64,000 bases of DNA from Candidatus Saccharimonadales bacterium. Its GTDB lineage: Bacteria; Patescibacteriota; Saccharimonadia; Saccharimonadales; EFPC-124. The stretch covers positions 306,659 to 370,658 of the forward strand of contig DATIBO010000006.1 of assembly GCA_035457485.1 (NCBI GenBank), in the 5' to 3' direction. The notes beneath the pieces are model-generated. The model made no database searches. It had not been told where the DNA came from and saw only the letters and a program-made list of their open reading frames with translations. Positions 1-8,415 of the stretch are shown piece by piece. The translations under genes and the position numbers were made by a program. Numbering within the stretch: position 1 is the stretch's first letter; each line of letters opens with the position of its first letter.

Positions 1-706
1 GAGCTGATTTTTGCTTAGAGCCAAAAATCCATAACGAAGCTACTGCAACGTCATATAAAATAATTATCGGTACTGCAATTAGACACTGGTTTATTGGATC
101 GATTGTGGGTGTTACGATCGCTGCCAAAACAAAACTTACTAAAATCACCCAATGTTGGTTGAGCAAAAGCTTTTTTGGCTTTAGCGGTTTTATGCGATCA
201 ATGAAAATTAAAATTATTGGTAGCTGAAACATAAGCGCCGCAATCGCCAAGTTTACAAGTACAAACGACAAGTAAGAGTCGGTCGTAATCAAGGCTTGAA
301 TATTATTGGTGCTAAATTCCATTAAAAATTTTAGTGAGGCCGGTAGGGCTATAAAATAGCTAAAAGTAATACCAAGGGCTAAAAGAAAGATCGAACAAAG
401 AGTTAGGTAGAATATAAACAACTTTGCTTGATCGCGTAGAAGTGGCTTTAAAAAACTGAAAGCCTGAAAAAGTGCCATCGGGACCGCTAGCAGAGCGCCA
501 ACTAGCAAGCAAATCTTAAGCATAAGCTCAAGTCCGCCGCCCGGTTTTGTGTAATATAAAGTTTGGTTGAGGGGATGTATTAAGACCTGCAAAATATGGT
601 CATAAAGGGCATAGCCAATCCCAGCCCCAATCAGCAAAAATACAACTACCCAAAAAACTCGGGTACGCAGTTCGGTTAAATGACTGAGTAAGGTTTTCTC
701 TTCCAT
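1..706 (-). CDS. tatC: Sec-independent protein translocase TatC (C-terminal part runs off the window)
   Basis: Not in the ORF track because it is open to the window edge. My translation from the ATG at 706 is MEEKTLLSHLTELRTRVFWVVVFLLIGAGIGY... It is multi-TM with a typical TatC N-terminus. Confidence 0.8.
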   Translation of the reverse strand, partial: MEEKTLLSHLTELRTRVFWVVVFLLIGAGIGYALYDHILQVLIHPLNQTLYYTKPGGGLELMLKICLLVGALLAVPMALFQAFSFLKPLLRDQAKLFIFYLTLCSIFLLALGITFSYFIALPASLKFLMEFSTNNIQALITTDSYLSFVLVNLAIAALMFQLPIILIFIDRIKPLKPKKLLLNQHWVILVSFVLAAIVTPTIDPINQCLIAVPIIILYDVAVASLWIFGSKQKSA

Positions 707-732
707 TTAGCTCCCACCGAGCTCCCTAAGAC

Positions 733-909
733 TTAACTTTTTGAAGTTTCTTTGCTGCTAGTTTTTGCGTCGTCGCCATTAAATCCCTTGCGAACTTCGC
801 GTGCAGATTGACCAATGCTTTTTGCAAGCTCCGGAAGTTTACGTGCGCCAAAAATAAGCAACACGATAACCAAAATTATGATTAGCTCTGTTGTTCCTAT
901 CCCAAACAT
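733..909 (-). CDS. tatA: Twin-arginine translocase subunit TatA/E (58 aa)
   Basis: Below the track length cutoff. My translation is MFGIGTTELIIILVIVLLIFGARKLPELAKSIGQSAREVRKGF..., a canonical TatA TM helix plus amphipathic helix. It lies directly upstream of tatC. Confidence 0.8.
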   Translation of the reverse strand: MFGIGTTELIIILVIVLLIFGARKLPELAKSIGQSAREVRKGFNGDDAKTSSKETSKS

Positions 910-966
910 ATGTCCCTCACTTATAAGTTTGAGTTAAGTATATCATGAACCAACCAACTAAACTAA

Positions 967-1143
967 CTAGCCGCCGTATGCGCCAGAGCCAAAATTATTA
1001 GAGCTCGGCCTACCTGCAATGCGCTTTTCTATGTTGCCGAGATTGTTAAGCATGCCACTAATACCAGTTACGGTTAAAAATGCAAAACCCGCATACTGCA
1101 AAAACTGTTTTCGACTTATTTTTTTGTTTAAAAGTTCTCTCAT
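967..1143 (-). CDS. 58-aa protein with a twin-arginine-like signal (SRKQFL) and a short Gly-rich tail
   Basis: My translation is MRELLNKKISRKQFLQYAGFAFLTVTGISGMLNNLG...GSGAYGG. It has an RK variant of the S-R-R-x-F-L-K motif followed by a hydrophobic stretch. It is co-directional with tatA-tatC. Confidence 0.45.
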   Translation of the reverse strand: MRELLNKKISRKQFLQYAGFAFLTVTGISGMLNNLGNIEKRIAGRPSSNNFGSGAYGG

Positions 1144-1230
1144 ATTTGTTTTTTATCTTTAACATAATTGTACTTAAACTAATTTTAAATTCAATACCTT
1201 AAGCGTTATAAAATCATGTAGAATGTTAAT

Positions 1231-1878
1231 ATGAATTTAGTCAAGGCGTTACTGGTTTTTGCTACTTTTGCCGTCTTAACGTTGGCGAGTCCGATCTTGG
1301 CTCAAAGTTACGGATCGGGTGACTACGGAGCCTGTTTGTATGGCGAAGGCTGTCCTTCGTCTGGCGGTGGGGAATCTGGCGGCGGCACCACAACTGTTGC
1401 AACTCCGGCCGGGCTACAGGTTTCGATAAATCTAACTAACGGCCAAACGATTCCGGCTACTGGCTACCAGGTAATCGTTACGCCGCTAAATGGCCAGGGA
1501 TCCAGCTTTAAATATGTGGAATTTTTTGTCGATGGTAAATTGGCCGCAAGTATTGCGCCGGATCCTAACGGAACTGCGTATTGGTTTTGGGATGTCGTAA
1601 AATATCCCGGAACAACTCTAAAAGTTATTGTTTACGACCAAGATGGACAAGCGACAACGTATACTTTTACGGTTAAGATTGCCACGACTCCTACCGGCGT
1701 AACAAGCAAACCGACTCCAATACAAAAGGATTTAGGTTTTTTTGAACAAATCTTTGGCTATATAGCAGAAAACCCCTGGACTTGGGCTGTAGTGGTAGGT
1801 GTTCCGCTATCTATTTGGTGGATAACCCTTATTATTAGCCGACTGAGACACCGCACGCCTACTGGTTGGCAGTCTTGA
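1231..1878 (+). CDS. Secreted, C-terminally membrane-anchored protein with an Ig-like beta domain
   Basis: Track ORF. It has an N-terminal signal peptide (ALLVFATFAVLTLASPILA), a Gly/Ser linker and a C-terminal TM followed by a basic tail (SRLRHR). Confidence 0.6.
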   Translation: MNLVKALLVFATFAVLTLASPILAQSYGSGDYGACLYGEGCPSSGGGESGGGTTTVATPAGLQVSINLTNGQTIPATGYQVIVTPLNGQGSSFKYVEFFVDGKLAASIAPDPNGTAYWFWDVVKYPGTTLKVIVYDQDGQATTYTFTVKIATTPTGVTSKPTPIQKDLGFFEQIFGYIAENPWTWAVVVGVPLSIWWITLIISRLRHRTPTGWQS

Positions 1879-1892
1879 CTATAGAGTGCTAA
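1866..1892. promoter_or_regulatory. CIRCE-like HrcA operator upstream of hrcA
   Basis: TTGGCAGTC-N9-GAGTGCTAA versus the consensus TTAGCACTC-N9-GAGTGCTAA. The right arm is perfect and the left arm has 2 mismatches. The spacer holds a TTGACT -35-like hexamer. Confidence 0.6.
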
Positions 1893-1910
1893 GACAACTA
1901 AACTGTAAGT

Positions 1911-2606
1911 ATGACCGAGCGACAAGCGCGGATTTTAAGCGCAATTATCGAACAATATGCCGAAGTGGCAGTTCCAGTAGGATCTGTTACTCTTGCAAAG
2001 CTTTTTAATGTAAGTTCGGCGACGCTGCGTTCAGAGATGTCTCAACTCGAGGAGCTTGGATTTATCACGCAGCCTCATACAAGCGCAGGCCGAATCCCGA
2101 CTGATAAAGGTTATCGTTTTTACGTTAATCAAATTAGCGGAGCTCAGCAACAGCCGGATCGCAGTGTCAAAGCCATAGAGGCGCGGGTTTCTAACTATTC
2201 TTCTCACGCTGATCGAGCCATACGCAGCGCTGTAGATAGTTTGGTTGAACTTACGCACAATTTGGGCCTAGCCACAATCGGTGACCAGCTTTATATGAGC
2301 GGCATGGGTAATTTATTCGGTCAGCCGGAGTTTGCCAGCGGCCAACATGTTCGTCAGGTGGCAACCTTACTAGATAATCTTGAGCCATGGTTGCGAGAGA
2401 CCGCGCCAAACGAGCCTTTGAATGTTTACATCGGAACAGAGAACCCAATTGGCAAAGCCAGCGGTTGCACACTTATTATTAGTCGTTTCCGTTCACCATA
2501 CTCGGATAGCAGCTATATTGGGGTGCTCGGTCCAACAAGGCAAAGCTACGGTAGAGTTATGAACTTAGTGAGTCATGCCGGACGAATGTTAGAGGAGGTA
2601 CTTTAG
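1911..2606 (+). CDS. hrcA: Heat-inducible transcription repressor HrcA (short form, 231 aa)
   Basis: N-terminal winged-helix region RQARILSAIIEQYAEVAVPVGS...LRSEMSQLEELGFITQPHTSAGRIPTDKGYRFYV is typical of HrcA. It is followed by grpE. Confidence 0.85.
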   Translation: MTERQARILSAIIEQYAEVAVPVGSVTLAKLFNVSSATLRSEMSQLEELGFITQPHTSAGRIPTDKGYRFYVNQISGAQQQPDRSVKAIEARVSNYSSHADRAIRSAVDSLVELTHNLGLATIGDQLYMSGMGNLFGQPEFASGQHVRQVATLLDNLEPWLRETAPNEPLNVYIGTENPIGKASGCTLIISRFRSPYSDSSYIGVLGPTRQSYGRVMNLVSHAGRMLEEVL

Positions 2607-2716
2607 TGGAGATCTTTATTGCTGCGCTAATTGCGTTATCTTGCGTTGCCATTTACATGGTTTTTTCGCCAAACAGCGAGAGCTTTTTTGATCAACTTAA
2701 GAAAGGTAAGAAATGA
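2606..2716 (+). CDS. 36-aa single-TM mini-protein between hrcA and grpE
   Basis: The GTG overlaps the hrcA TAG by 1 nt, with GAGGAGG 7 nt upstream. The stop overlaps the grpE ATG (ATGA). Translation: VEIFIAALIALSCVAIYMVFSPNSESFFDQLKKGKK. Confidence 0.4.
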   Translation: MEIFIAALIALSCVAIYMVFSPNSESFFDQLKKGKK

Positions 2717-3153
2717 AGAAAAACGATAGTCAAATACAAGAGCTGACAAATGATTTACAACGTGTACGCGCGGATTTTGAAAACTACCGCAAACGCATGG
2801 AGATCGAAAAACTGACCTATGCCGATGCTGCTAAAGCCGCGACCGTTTTAAAATTGTTGCCAGTTATCGACAATATCGACCGAGCTGTGGCGCATATTCC
2901 GGCTGAGCTTACTAATAACAAATGGGCGCAAGGTGTTGTGGGTCTTAATAAAAATCTGGAAAAGTCGCTAGATGAGCTAGGTCTAACGCGAATTAACGCC
3001 GAAGTTGGTGTTGATTTTAATCCTGAACTTCATGAAGCAATCAGCATGGAAGACGAAGGTGGCGATCACGAAGTTATCGCAGAAGAACTGCGCCCTGGTT
3101 ATAAACTTGGCGAGAATGTAATCCGGCCAAGTATGGTGCGGGTTAAGAAATAA
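2713..3153 (+). CDS. grpE: Nucleotide exchange factor GrpE
   Basis: Track ORF with GrpE-type sequence (RVRADFENYRKRMEIE...LLPVIDNIDRA...HEA). Chaperone-operon context. Confidence 0.9.
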   Translation: MKKNDSQIQELTNDLQRVRADFENYRKRMEIEKLTYADAAKAATVLKLLPVIDNIDRAVAHIPAELTNNKWAQGVVGLNKNLEKSLDELGLTRINAEVGVDFNPELHEAISMEDEGGDHEVIAEELRPGYKLGENVIRPSMVRVKK

Positions 3154-3255
3154 TGAATCAGAACTCACATGATCAAGCTTGCTGGGCTACTTTAAATTTA
3201 CTTTGCACATAAAATTGGTATATATTTTTATTATCCTACCAAGGAGGTGATTAAT

Positions 3256-3411
3256 GTGGGTGTTTGTGGTGGTTGTAGCGGTCAGCGCACTGTGCCGTGT
3301 CAAGGACCGTGCAGTGGGACAGGGTTTATCCCTGGTACCAATATCCCGTGTCCGAAGTGCAACGGGAGTGCACGGATGACCTGTCCTTACTGCGCTGGCA
3401 AAAGTAGCTGA
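3256..3411 (+). CDS. 51-aa Cys-rich mini-protein with four DnaJ-type CxxCxG zinc-finger-like motifs
   Basis: Not in the track. GTG start 8 nt after AGGAGG. Translation: VGVCGGCSGQRTVPCQGPCSGTGFIPGTNIPCPKCNGSARMTCPYCAGKSS. An alternative overlapping ATG frame at 3254 is less patterned. Confidence 0.55.
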   Translation: MGVCGGCSGQRTVPCQGPCSGTGFIPGTNIPCPKCNGSARMTCPYCAGKSS

Positions 3412-3552
3412 TTTTAAGCTACTGCAGTAATGCATGTTAGGCCACTGTGACAAACACCGATCCTTAACGGATCTGCCATCGGCGGCTCTGCTATATTGGA
3501 GCTAAAGGCCGGTATGGCGGCGGTTGAGGATGTAAGGGGCCTTAATCGCTAA

Positions 3553-3590
3553 CCTGGTGGTGTCGTGATTTGCGACGCCACCAGGTTTTT
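3553..3590 (+). terminator. Rho-independent terminator
   Basis: A 13-bp stem (CCTGGTGGTGTCG / CGACGCCACCAGG, one G-U pair) followed by TTTTT. Confidence 0.65.
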
Positions 3591-3663
3591 ATAGTACTTA
3601 TTTTATTTTTTAAGGTTTTGTCGTAATATTTTTTAAGTCCCTTTTGTGAGAGGGGGTGAAAAA

Positions 3664-3816
3664 ATGCCCAACAAGAATTGCGGCAGATGCGGCGGTTCTG
3701 GATGGAGGCGATGCTCAAACCCTCAATGCCGAAGTGGCTGGGTGACCGGCCCTAACGGCGACAGCGCTCCGTGCGGCAAGTGCGGCGGCGCTGGCGGAGA
3801 AAGCTGCGGCTGCTAG
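3664..3816 (+). CDS. 50-aa Cys-rich mini-protein with CxxCxGxG motifs (DnaJ zinc-finger-like)
   Basis: Not in the track. ATG follows GAGAGGGGGTG. Translation: MPNKNCGRCGGSGWRRCSNPQCRSGWVTGPNGDSAPCGKCGGAGGESCGC. GC-rich. Confidence 0.6.
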   Translation: MPNKNCGRCGGSGWRRCSNPQCRSGWVTGPNGDSAPCGKCGGAGGESCGC

Positions 3817-4068
3817 TTGGCCATGGAGGCCGACAGGTGGTAGGTGGCATTTCTACCGTCAAACAACTGTCGGAATAGGTTGCTTTGCTGACTTCCAGAC
3901 AGTGCAGTAGTTTAGTACTGCTGCGGGATCTCCTGCTGGCGCCAAGTTGGGTGTTGGCAGGAGATCTTAATACTCGATTTTATTTGAACAAAAGCGTATT
4001 TATGTTATAGTTTTGTTGCAAGAAAGACTTAGCACGTTCATATCCATCACCGAACTTCGAGGTGTGCA

Positions 4069-4464
4069 ATGACCAAGTTCTCCGACCTGCTCTCCCAGAT
4101 ATGGGAAGCGCTCCCGACGATCTTCGACTTCTCGCGCGGCTACGACGTGGCCTTCGCCGGCAGCCTCGGCCTAACTCTCATCATGTGGGGCGTCTTCGCG
4201 ATCTGCGCCGGCCTGAACATGCGTAACGGCTATGGCAACGCCCCGGTTTCCACCACCGGTAGCTTCGCCTTCAACATGCTCGGGCTGACCGCCCTGATGA
4301 TCGCCGGCTACCTGATATGGGGTCGCTTCGGCGAGATCGTCATCGATGCGGTTGCCAGCGGATCGCCGGACATGGCCGTCCAGGCGCTGGGAACTTGCCT
4401 GGCCGCAGTTGTCGGCGCCATGTTCTGTCACATCTTCCTGACGAACAGCCTGGCGCGCATGTGA
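4069..4464 (+). CDS. GC-rich 131-aa integral membrane protein (about 4 TM), unknown function
   Basis: Track ORF with GAGGTG upstream and almost exclusively G/C-ending codons, unlike neighbouring grpE and dnaK. Confidence 0.7.
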   Translation: MTKFSDLLSQIWEALPTIFDFSRGYDVAFAGSLGLTLIMWGVFAICAGLNMRNGYGNAPVSTTGSFAFNMLGLTALMIAGYLIWGRFGEIVIDAVASGSPDMAVQALGTCLAAVVGAMFCHIFLTNSLARM

Positions 4465-4471
4465 TAACTGA

Positions 4472-4499
4472 CGGGGCCCGATCTTTGGGTCGGGCCCCG
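4472..4499 (+). terminator. GC-rich hairpin after the membrane-protein gene
   Basis: CGGGGCCCGA-N8-TCGGGCCCCG, a perfect 10-bp stem with a weak T-tract. Confidence 0.5.
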
Positions 4500-4534
4500 G
4501 ACGGTCTTTCTTGCAAGATCATTGAAATTATTAA

Positions 4535-4561
4535 TTGGCACTCTTGACTAGTGAGTGCCAA
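4535..4561. promoter_or_regulatory. CIRCE operator 1 upstream of dnaK
   Basis: TTGGCACTC-N9-GAGTGCCAA, a perfect inverted repeat. The spacer carries TTGACT, with TATACT 18 nt downstream. Confidence 0.7.
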
Positions 4562-4580
4562 TTTTTTTATACTAAAATAG

Positions 4581-4607
4581 TTAGCAATCCATGCGAGAGA
4601 TTGCTAA
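4581..4607. promoter_or_regulatory. CIRCE-like operator 2 upstream of dnaK
   Basis: TTAGCAATC-N9-GATTGCTAA, a perfect inverted repeat with CIRCE-like arms 19 nt after operator 1. Confidence 0.55.
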
Positions 4608-4654
4608 ACTTGAACTAGATAGGTACGCGAATTTATAAGTAAGTAGGAGAAGTT

Positions 4655-6538
4655 ATGGGAAAAATTATTGGAATCGACTTAGGTACAACTAACAGCGCGA
4701 TGGCTTACTTGGTTGCAGGCAAGCCTGAGGTTATTACAAACGCCGAAGGAAATCGCACGACTCCTAGTGTGGTTGCGATCAATAAAAACGGCGAGCGCCT
4801 CGTAGGCCAAGTTGCTCAACGTCAACGCGTAACTAACGCAAAAAATACAATTTATGGTGTAAAGCGTTTGATCGGCCGCAAGTTTGACAGCGATGAAATT
4901 CAAAAAGACCTGCACCTAATGCCTTACGAAATCGTAAAAGCTGGCGACGGCGTAAAAGTAAAAATGGGCGACAAAGAATATAGCCCCGAAGAAGTTAGCG
5001 CCATGATTTTGGCAAAACTCAAAGCAGATGCCGAAGCCTTTTTGGGCGAAAAAGTTACCGAAGCCGTTATTACAGTTCCGGCCTACTTTGATGATAGCCA
5101 GCGCCAAGCTACAAAAGACGCTGGTAAAATTGCCGGCCTTGAGGTTAAACGTATTATTAACGAACCAACTGCTGCAGCCTTGGCTTATGGACTCGAGAAG
5201 AAAAAAGAAGAAAAAATTGCTGTATTCGACCTTGGTGGTGGTACGTTTGACGTCTCTATCTTGGAACTTGGCGACGGCGTATTTGAAGTTAAAAGCACTA
5301 ACGGGGACACTCACTTAGGTGGTGAAGACTTTGACAACCGCATTATGAACTACTTTATGGAAGAGTTCAAAAAAGAGCACGGTGTTGACCTTAAGGGCGA
5401 CAACGCAGCCATGCAGCGATTAAAAGACGAGGCCGAAAAAGCTAAAAAGGAACTTTCGAGCACAAACGAGACCGAGATTAACTTGCCGTTCTTGACTGCT
5501 GACGCCGATGGTCCAAAGCACTTTGAAACCAAATTAACTCGCGCAAAACTCGAAGAGCTAGTTGCCGACTTGATCGAAAAAACAGTTGCCCCCTGCGAAA
5601 AAGCCCTAAAAGACGCAGGATTGAGCGCGAGTGACATCAACGAGATTGTTCTTGTTGGTGGTATGACTCGTATGCCGGCAGTTGTTGAAAAAGTTAAAAA
5701 GATCTTTGGCAAAGAGCCGCTAAAAGGCGTTAACCCAGATGAAGTTGTAGCGATTGGTGCTGCGATTCAAGGTGGAGTTTTGGCCGGTGATGTAAAAGAT
5801 GTGTTGCTTTTGGATGTAACTCCGTTGAGCCTTGGAATCGAAACCATGGGCAGCGTTACTACAAAATTAATCGAGCGCAACAGCACAATTCCTACGAGCA
5901 AGTCCGAGGTGTTTAGCACGGCTGCCGACAATCAGCCACAGGTAGAAATCCACGTTTTGCAAGGTGAGCGCGAGATGGCCGCTGATAACAAATCGCTTGG
6001 TAAGTTTGTACTAGATGGCATCGCGCCAGCGCCGCGTGGTGTTCCACAGATTGAAGTTACCTTTAACCTAGACGCCAACGGGATTTTGAACGTTACGGCG
6101 AAAGACAAAGGCACTGGTAAAGAACAAAGCATTACGATCCAAAACAGCGGTAACTTAAGCAAGGACGACATTGAAAAGGCGCAAAAAGAGGCCGAAGCTC
6201 ACGCCGAAGAAGACAAAAAGAAGCGCGAAGCCGTAGACGCTAAAAACATGCTTGCGCAAACGATTTACCAAGCCGAAAAGTTGGTAGCAGACAATGCCGA
6301 TAAAATTAGCGATGACGACAAAAAAACGATTGAAGAAGCTGTAACTGAGGCTAAAAAACACGAAAATTCGACCGACAAAGATGAGATCGAAAAAGCACAA
6401 AAAGATCTAAACGACAAGATCATGCCTATTGGTGCTAAAATGTACGAGAATGCGCAAAAAGAAGCGAAAACCGAGGAGCCATCCGAAGGTAAAAAAGATG
6501 AACCAGTTGAAGGTGAAGTTGTAGACGAGAAAAAATAA
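4655..6538 (+). CDS. dnaK: Molecular chaperone DnaK (Hsp70)
   Basis: [17 protein letters not shown] and [10 protein letters not shown] signatures. 627 aa. Confidence 0.98.
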   Translation: MGKIIGIDLGTTNSAMAYLVAGKPEVITNAEGNRTTPSVVAINKNGERLVGQVAQRQRVTNAKNTIYGVKRLIGRKFDSDEIQKDLHLMPYEIVKAGDGVKVKMGDKEYSPEEVSAMILAKLKADAEAFLGEKVTEAVITVPAYFDDSQRQATKDAGKIAGLEVKRIINEPTAAALAYGLEKKKEEKIAVFDLGGGTFDVSILELGDGVFEVKSTNGDTHLGGEDFDNRIMNYFMEEFKKEHGVDLKGDNAAMQRLKDEAEKAKKELSSTNETEINLPFLTADADGPKHFETKLTRAKLEELVADLIEKTVAPCEKALKDAGLSASDINEIVLVGGMTRMPAVVEKVKKIFGKEPLKGVNPDEVVAIGAAIQGGVLAGDVKDVLLLDVTPLSLGIETMGSVTTKLIERNSTIPTSKSEVFSTAADNQPQVEIHVLQGEREMAADNKSLGKFVLDGIAPAPRGVPQIEVTFNLDANGILNVTAKDKGTGKEQSITIQNSGNLSKDDIEKAQKEAEAHAEEDKKKREAVDAKNMLAQTIYQAEKLVADNADKISDDDKKTIEEAVTEAKKHENSTDKDEIEKAQKDLNDKIMPIGAKMYENAQKEAKTEEPSEGKKDEPVEGEVVDEKK

Positions 6539-6933
6539 TGACTAGCGCGACCCATTCGGTTAGTTGTAAGATTGCGATATATTCGCAAGATGGCTCAAAG
6601 GTTTTGGTGATGAAATACCCGCAGCTCGGAGCAAACGCTTACGGGCTGCCGGGTGGGCATTTGGAGCAAGGTGAAAACCCAGACGAAGCGGTTTTGCGCG
6701 AATTTAAAGAAGAAACTGGCGTAGACTACGACTTAAAAGTGCTACACGAAGATTTTTGGCTTCACGAAAACGGCAAAGTTGTTTTAGGATACATAGCGCA
6801 CGCTGACTTCAATTTACCGTCGGCGCCTGATCCAAGCTTCGAAATCGCTCAGTGGCAAAAAATAGCCGACATTAAAAGTGGAGCCGTAAACGTTGGTTCA
6901 TACAAAGATTTTGTAATTAGCAACGCCGGTTAA
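6538..6933 (+). CDS. NUDIX hydrolase
   Basis: Nudix box GGHLEQGENPDEAVLREFKEETG. The ATG overlaps the dnaK stop. Confidence 0.8.
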   Translation: MTSATHSVSCKIAIYSQDGSKVLVMKYPQLGANAYGLPGGHLEQGENPDEAVLREFKEETGVDYDLKVLHEDFWLHENGKVVLGYIAHADFNLPSAPDPSFEIAQWQKIADIKSGAVNVGSYKDFVISNAG

Positions 6934-6947
6934 GGTAGAATAAAATT

Positions 6948-7238
6948 ATGGCAGCACACGCTCACGTTCCAAAAAATGGCAAACACACTTTTTTAAATAA
7001 AATAGTGAACGTTATGGCTGTAGTAGGGCCTTTGTTTGGTTTACCGCAAGTTATTTCTATACATACAACACATCAGGTTGAGGGCTTGGCGCTTTGGTCT
7101 TGGATCGGTTTTTGCGCATACTCGATTGTGTTTTTGACATATGGTATTGTTTATAAACTGAGGCCGGTCATTTTAGCTCAAGTAATGTGGTTAACGGTCT
7201 ATACGCTGATTATTGTTGGAATTTTACTGTACAATTAG
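6948..7238 (+). CDS. 3-TM PQ-loop / SemiSWEET-like small membrane protein
   Basis: 96 aa with three hydrophobic helices and a PQ motif (GPLFGLPQVISI) in TM1. Confidence 0.5.
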   Translation: MAAHAHVPKNGKHTFLNKIVNVMAVVGPLFGLPQVISIHTTHQVEGLALWSWIGFCAYSIVFLTYGIVYKLRPVILAQVMWLTVYTLIIVGILLYN

Positions 7239-7244
7239 GAGTTT

Positions 7245-8351
7245 TTGGTGAGTAAGCGCGATTATTACGAAATTTTAGGTATTACAAAGTCAGCCTCGGC
7301 TGATGAGATTAAAAAAGCTTTTCGTAAGGCTGCCGTTAAGTATCACCCTGACAAAGGTGGTGACGAAGTTAAATTTAAAGAAGCCAACGAAGCCTACGAA
7401 GTTTTAAGTAATCCCGAAAAACGCCAGAGGTATGATCAGTTTGGTCATGCTGGGGTTGGCGGGAACGCTGGCGGAGGCGGAGGAGGAAATCCATTCGGCG
7501 GCGCAGGTGGGTACCAATATCAAAATATTAACTTTGATGATTTGGGTCTGGGTGATATCTTTGGTCAGTTTTTTGGTGGTGGCTCGGGTGGCGGTGATCG
7601 ACGACGCACCAGGCGCGGACAAGATTTAAGTGTAAATATAACGCTAACTTTTGAAGAAGCGATTTTCGGTGTAGAAAAGAAGATCGAGCTAAACACCGAA
7701 GATGTTTGTAAGCGTTGTAAGGGTGATGGTGCTGAGATCGGGTACAACTTACGCAACTGCACAACCTGCCATGGTAGCGGACAAATTAACCGAGCAATGA
7801 ATACGATTTTTGGACAAATCCAGCAAACCACAGAATGTACCACCTGTAATGGGCGCGGTAAGATTCCTGAAAAAGCTTGCTCGGCTTGTAACGGTCGCGG
7901 AATTACCCGCGAAGATCAAGAGCTTAAGCTTAAAATCCCGGCCGGAATTGATGACGGCGCAACAATTCGCCTAAACGGTCGTGGTCAAGCAGTACAGGGT
8001 GGCGAAAAAGGCGATTTATACGTAAGTGTAAAAGTTAAGCCGCACAAAAAGTTCACCCGCGAGGGCAACTTAATTATTAGCAGCGAAAAGATCGACATGG
8101 TAACTGCTGCCTTAGGGGGTGAGGTTGAAGTTGACACCGTGGATGGCGAAATAACCATGAAAATCCCAGCAGGCACACAGGGCGGAACTGACTTTAAATT
8201 GCCACATCATGGCGCGCCAAACTTGCGCAGCGGAAACAGAGGCGATCACATTGTCACCATTTATGTTGAAACTCCAACAAAGCTAAGTAAAAAGCAAAAA
8301 CAGCTGCTTGAGGAATTTAACGGGGCGAGCAAGCGCGGGTTCTTTTCTTAG
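7245..8351 (+). CDS. dnaJ: Molecular chaperone DnaJ
   Basis: J-domain (DYYEILG...KYHPDK), a G-rich linker and four CxxCxGxG repeats. The start is TTG at 7245 or GTG at 7248, after AGGAG. Confidence 0.95.
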   Translation: MVSKRDYYEILGITKSASADEIKKAFRKAAVKYHPDKGGDEVKFKEANEAYEVLSNPEKRQRYDQFGHAGVGGNAGGGGGGNPFGGAGGYQYQNINFDDLGLGDIFGQFFGGGSGGGDRRRTRRGQDLSVNITLTFEEAIFGVEKKIELNTEDVCKRCKGDGAEIGYNLRNCTTCHGSGQINRAMNTIFGQIQQTTECTTCNGRGKIPEKACSACNGRGITREDQELKLKIPAGIDDGATIRLNGRGQAVQGGEKGDLYVSVKVKPHKKFTREGNLIISSEKIDMVTAALGGEVEVDTVDGEITMKIPAGTQGGTDFKLPHHGAPNLRSGNRGDHIVTIYVETPTKLSKKQKQLLEEFNGASKRGFFS

Positions 8352-8415
8352 CTACAGAGCGGGGGTCGGCAGGCGTATATTTTTAAGCTCAAGCTTTTCG
8401 TCGTATACTTAAAGT

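Noticed and set aside
3187-3453. 88-aa minus-strand track ORF, and an overlapping plus-strand ATG frame at 3254 (MWVFVVVVAVSALCRV...).
   Set aside because: The Cys-rich frame has a highly non-random CxxCxG pattern shared with the second mini-ORF at 3664. The other frames show no pattern. The 3254 frame cannot be fully excluded.
4679-6588. Numerous antisense or alternative-frame ORFs over dnaK, with similar cases over dnaJ, the glycosidase, pilB, pyk, the Tet(M)-like gene and the MFS genes.
   Set aside because: Each is nested inside a strongly supported conserved gene on the other strand or frame.
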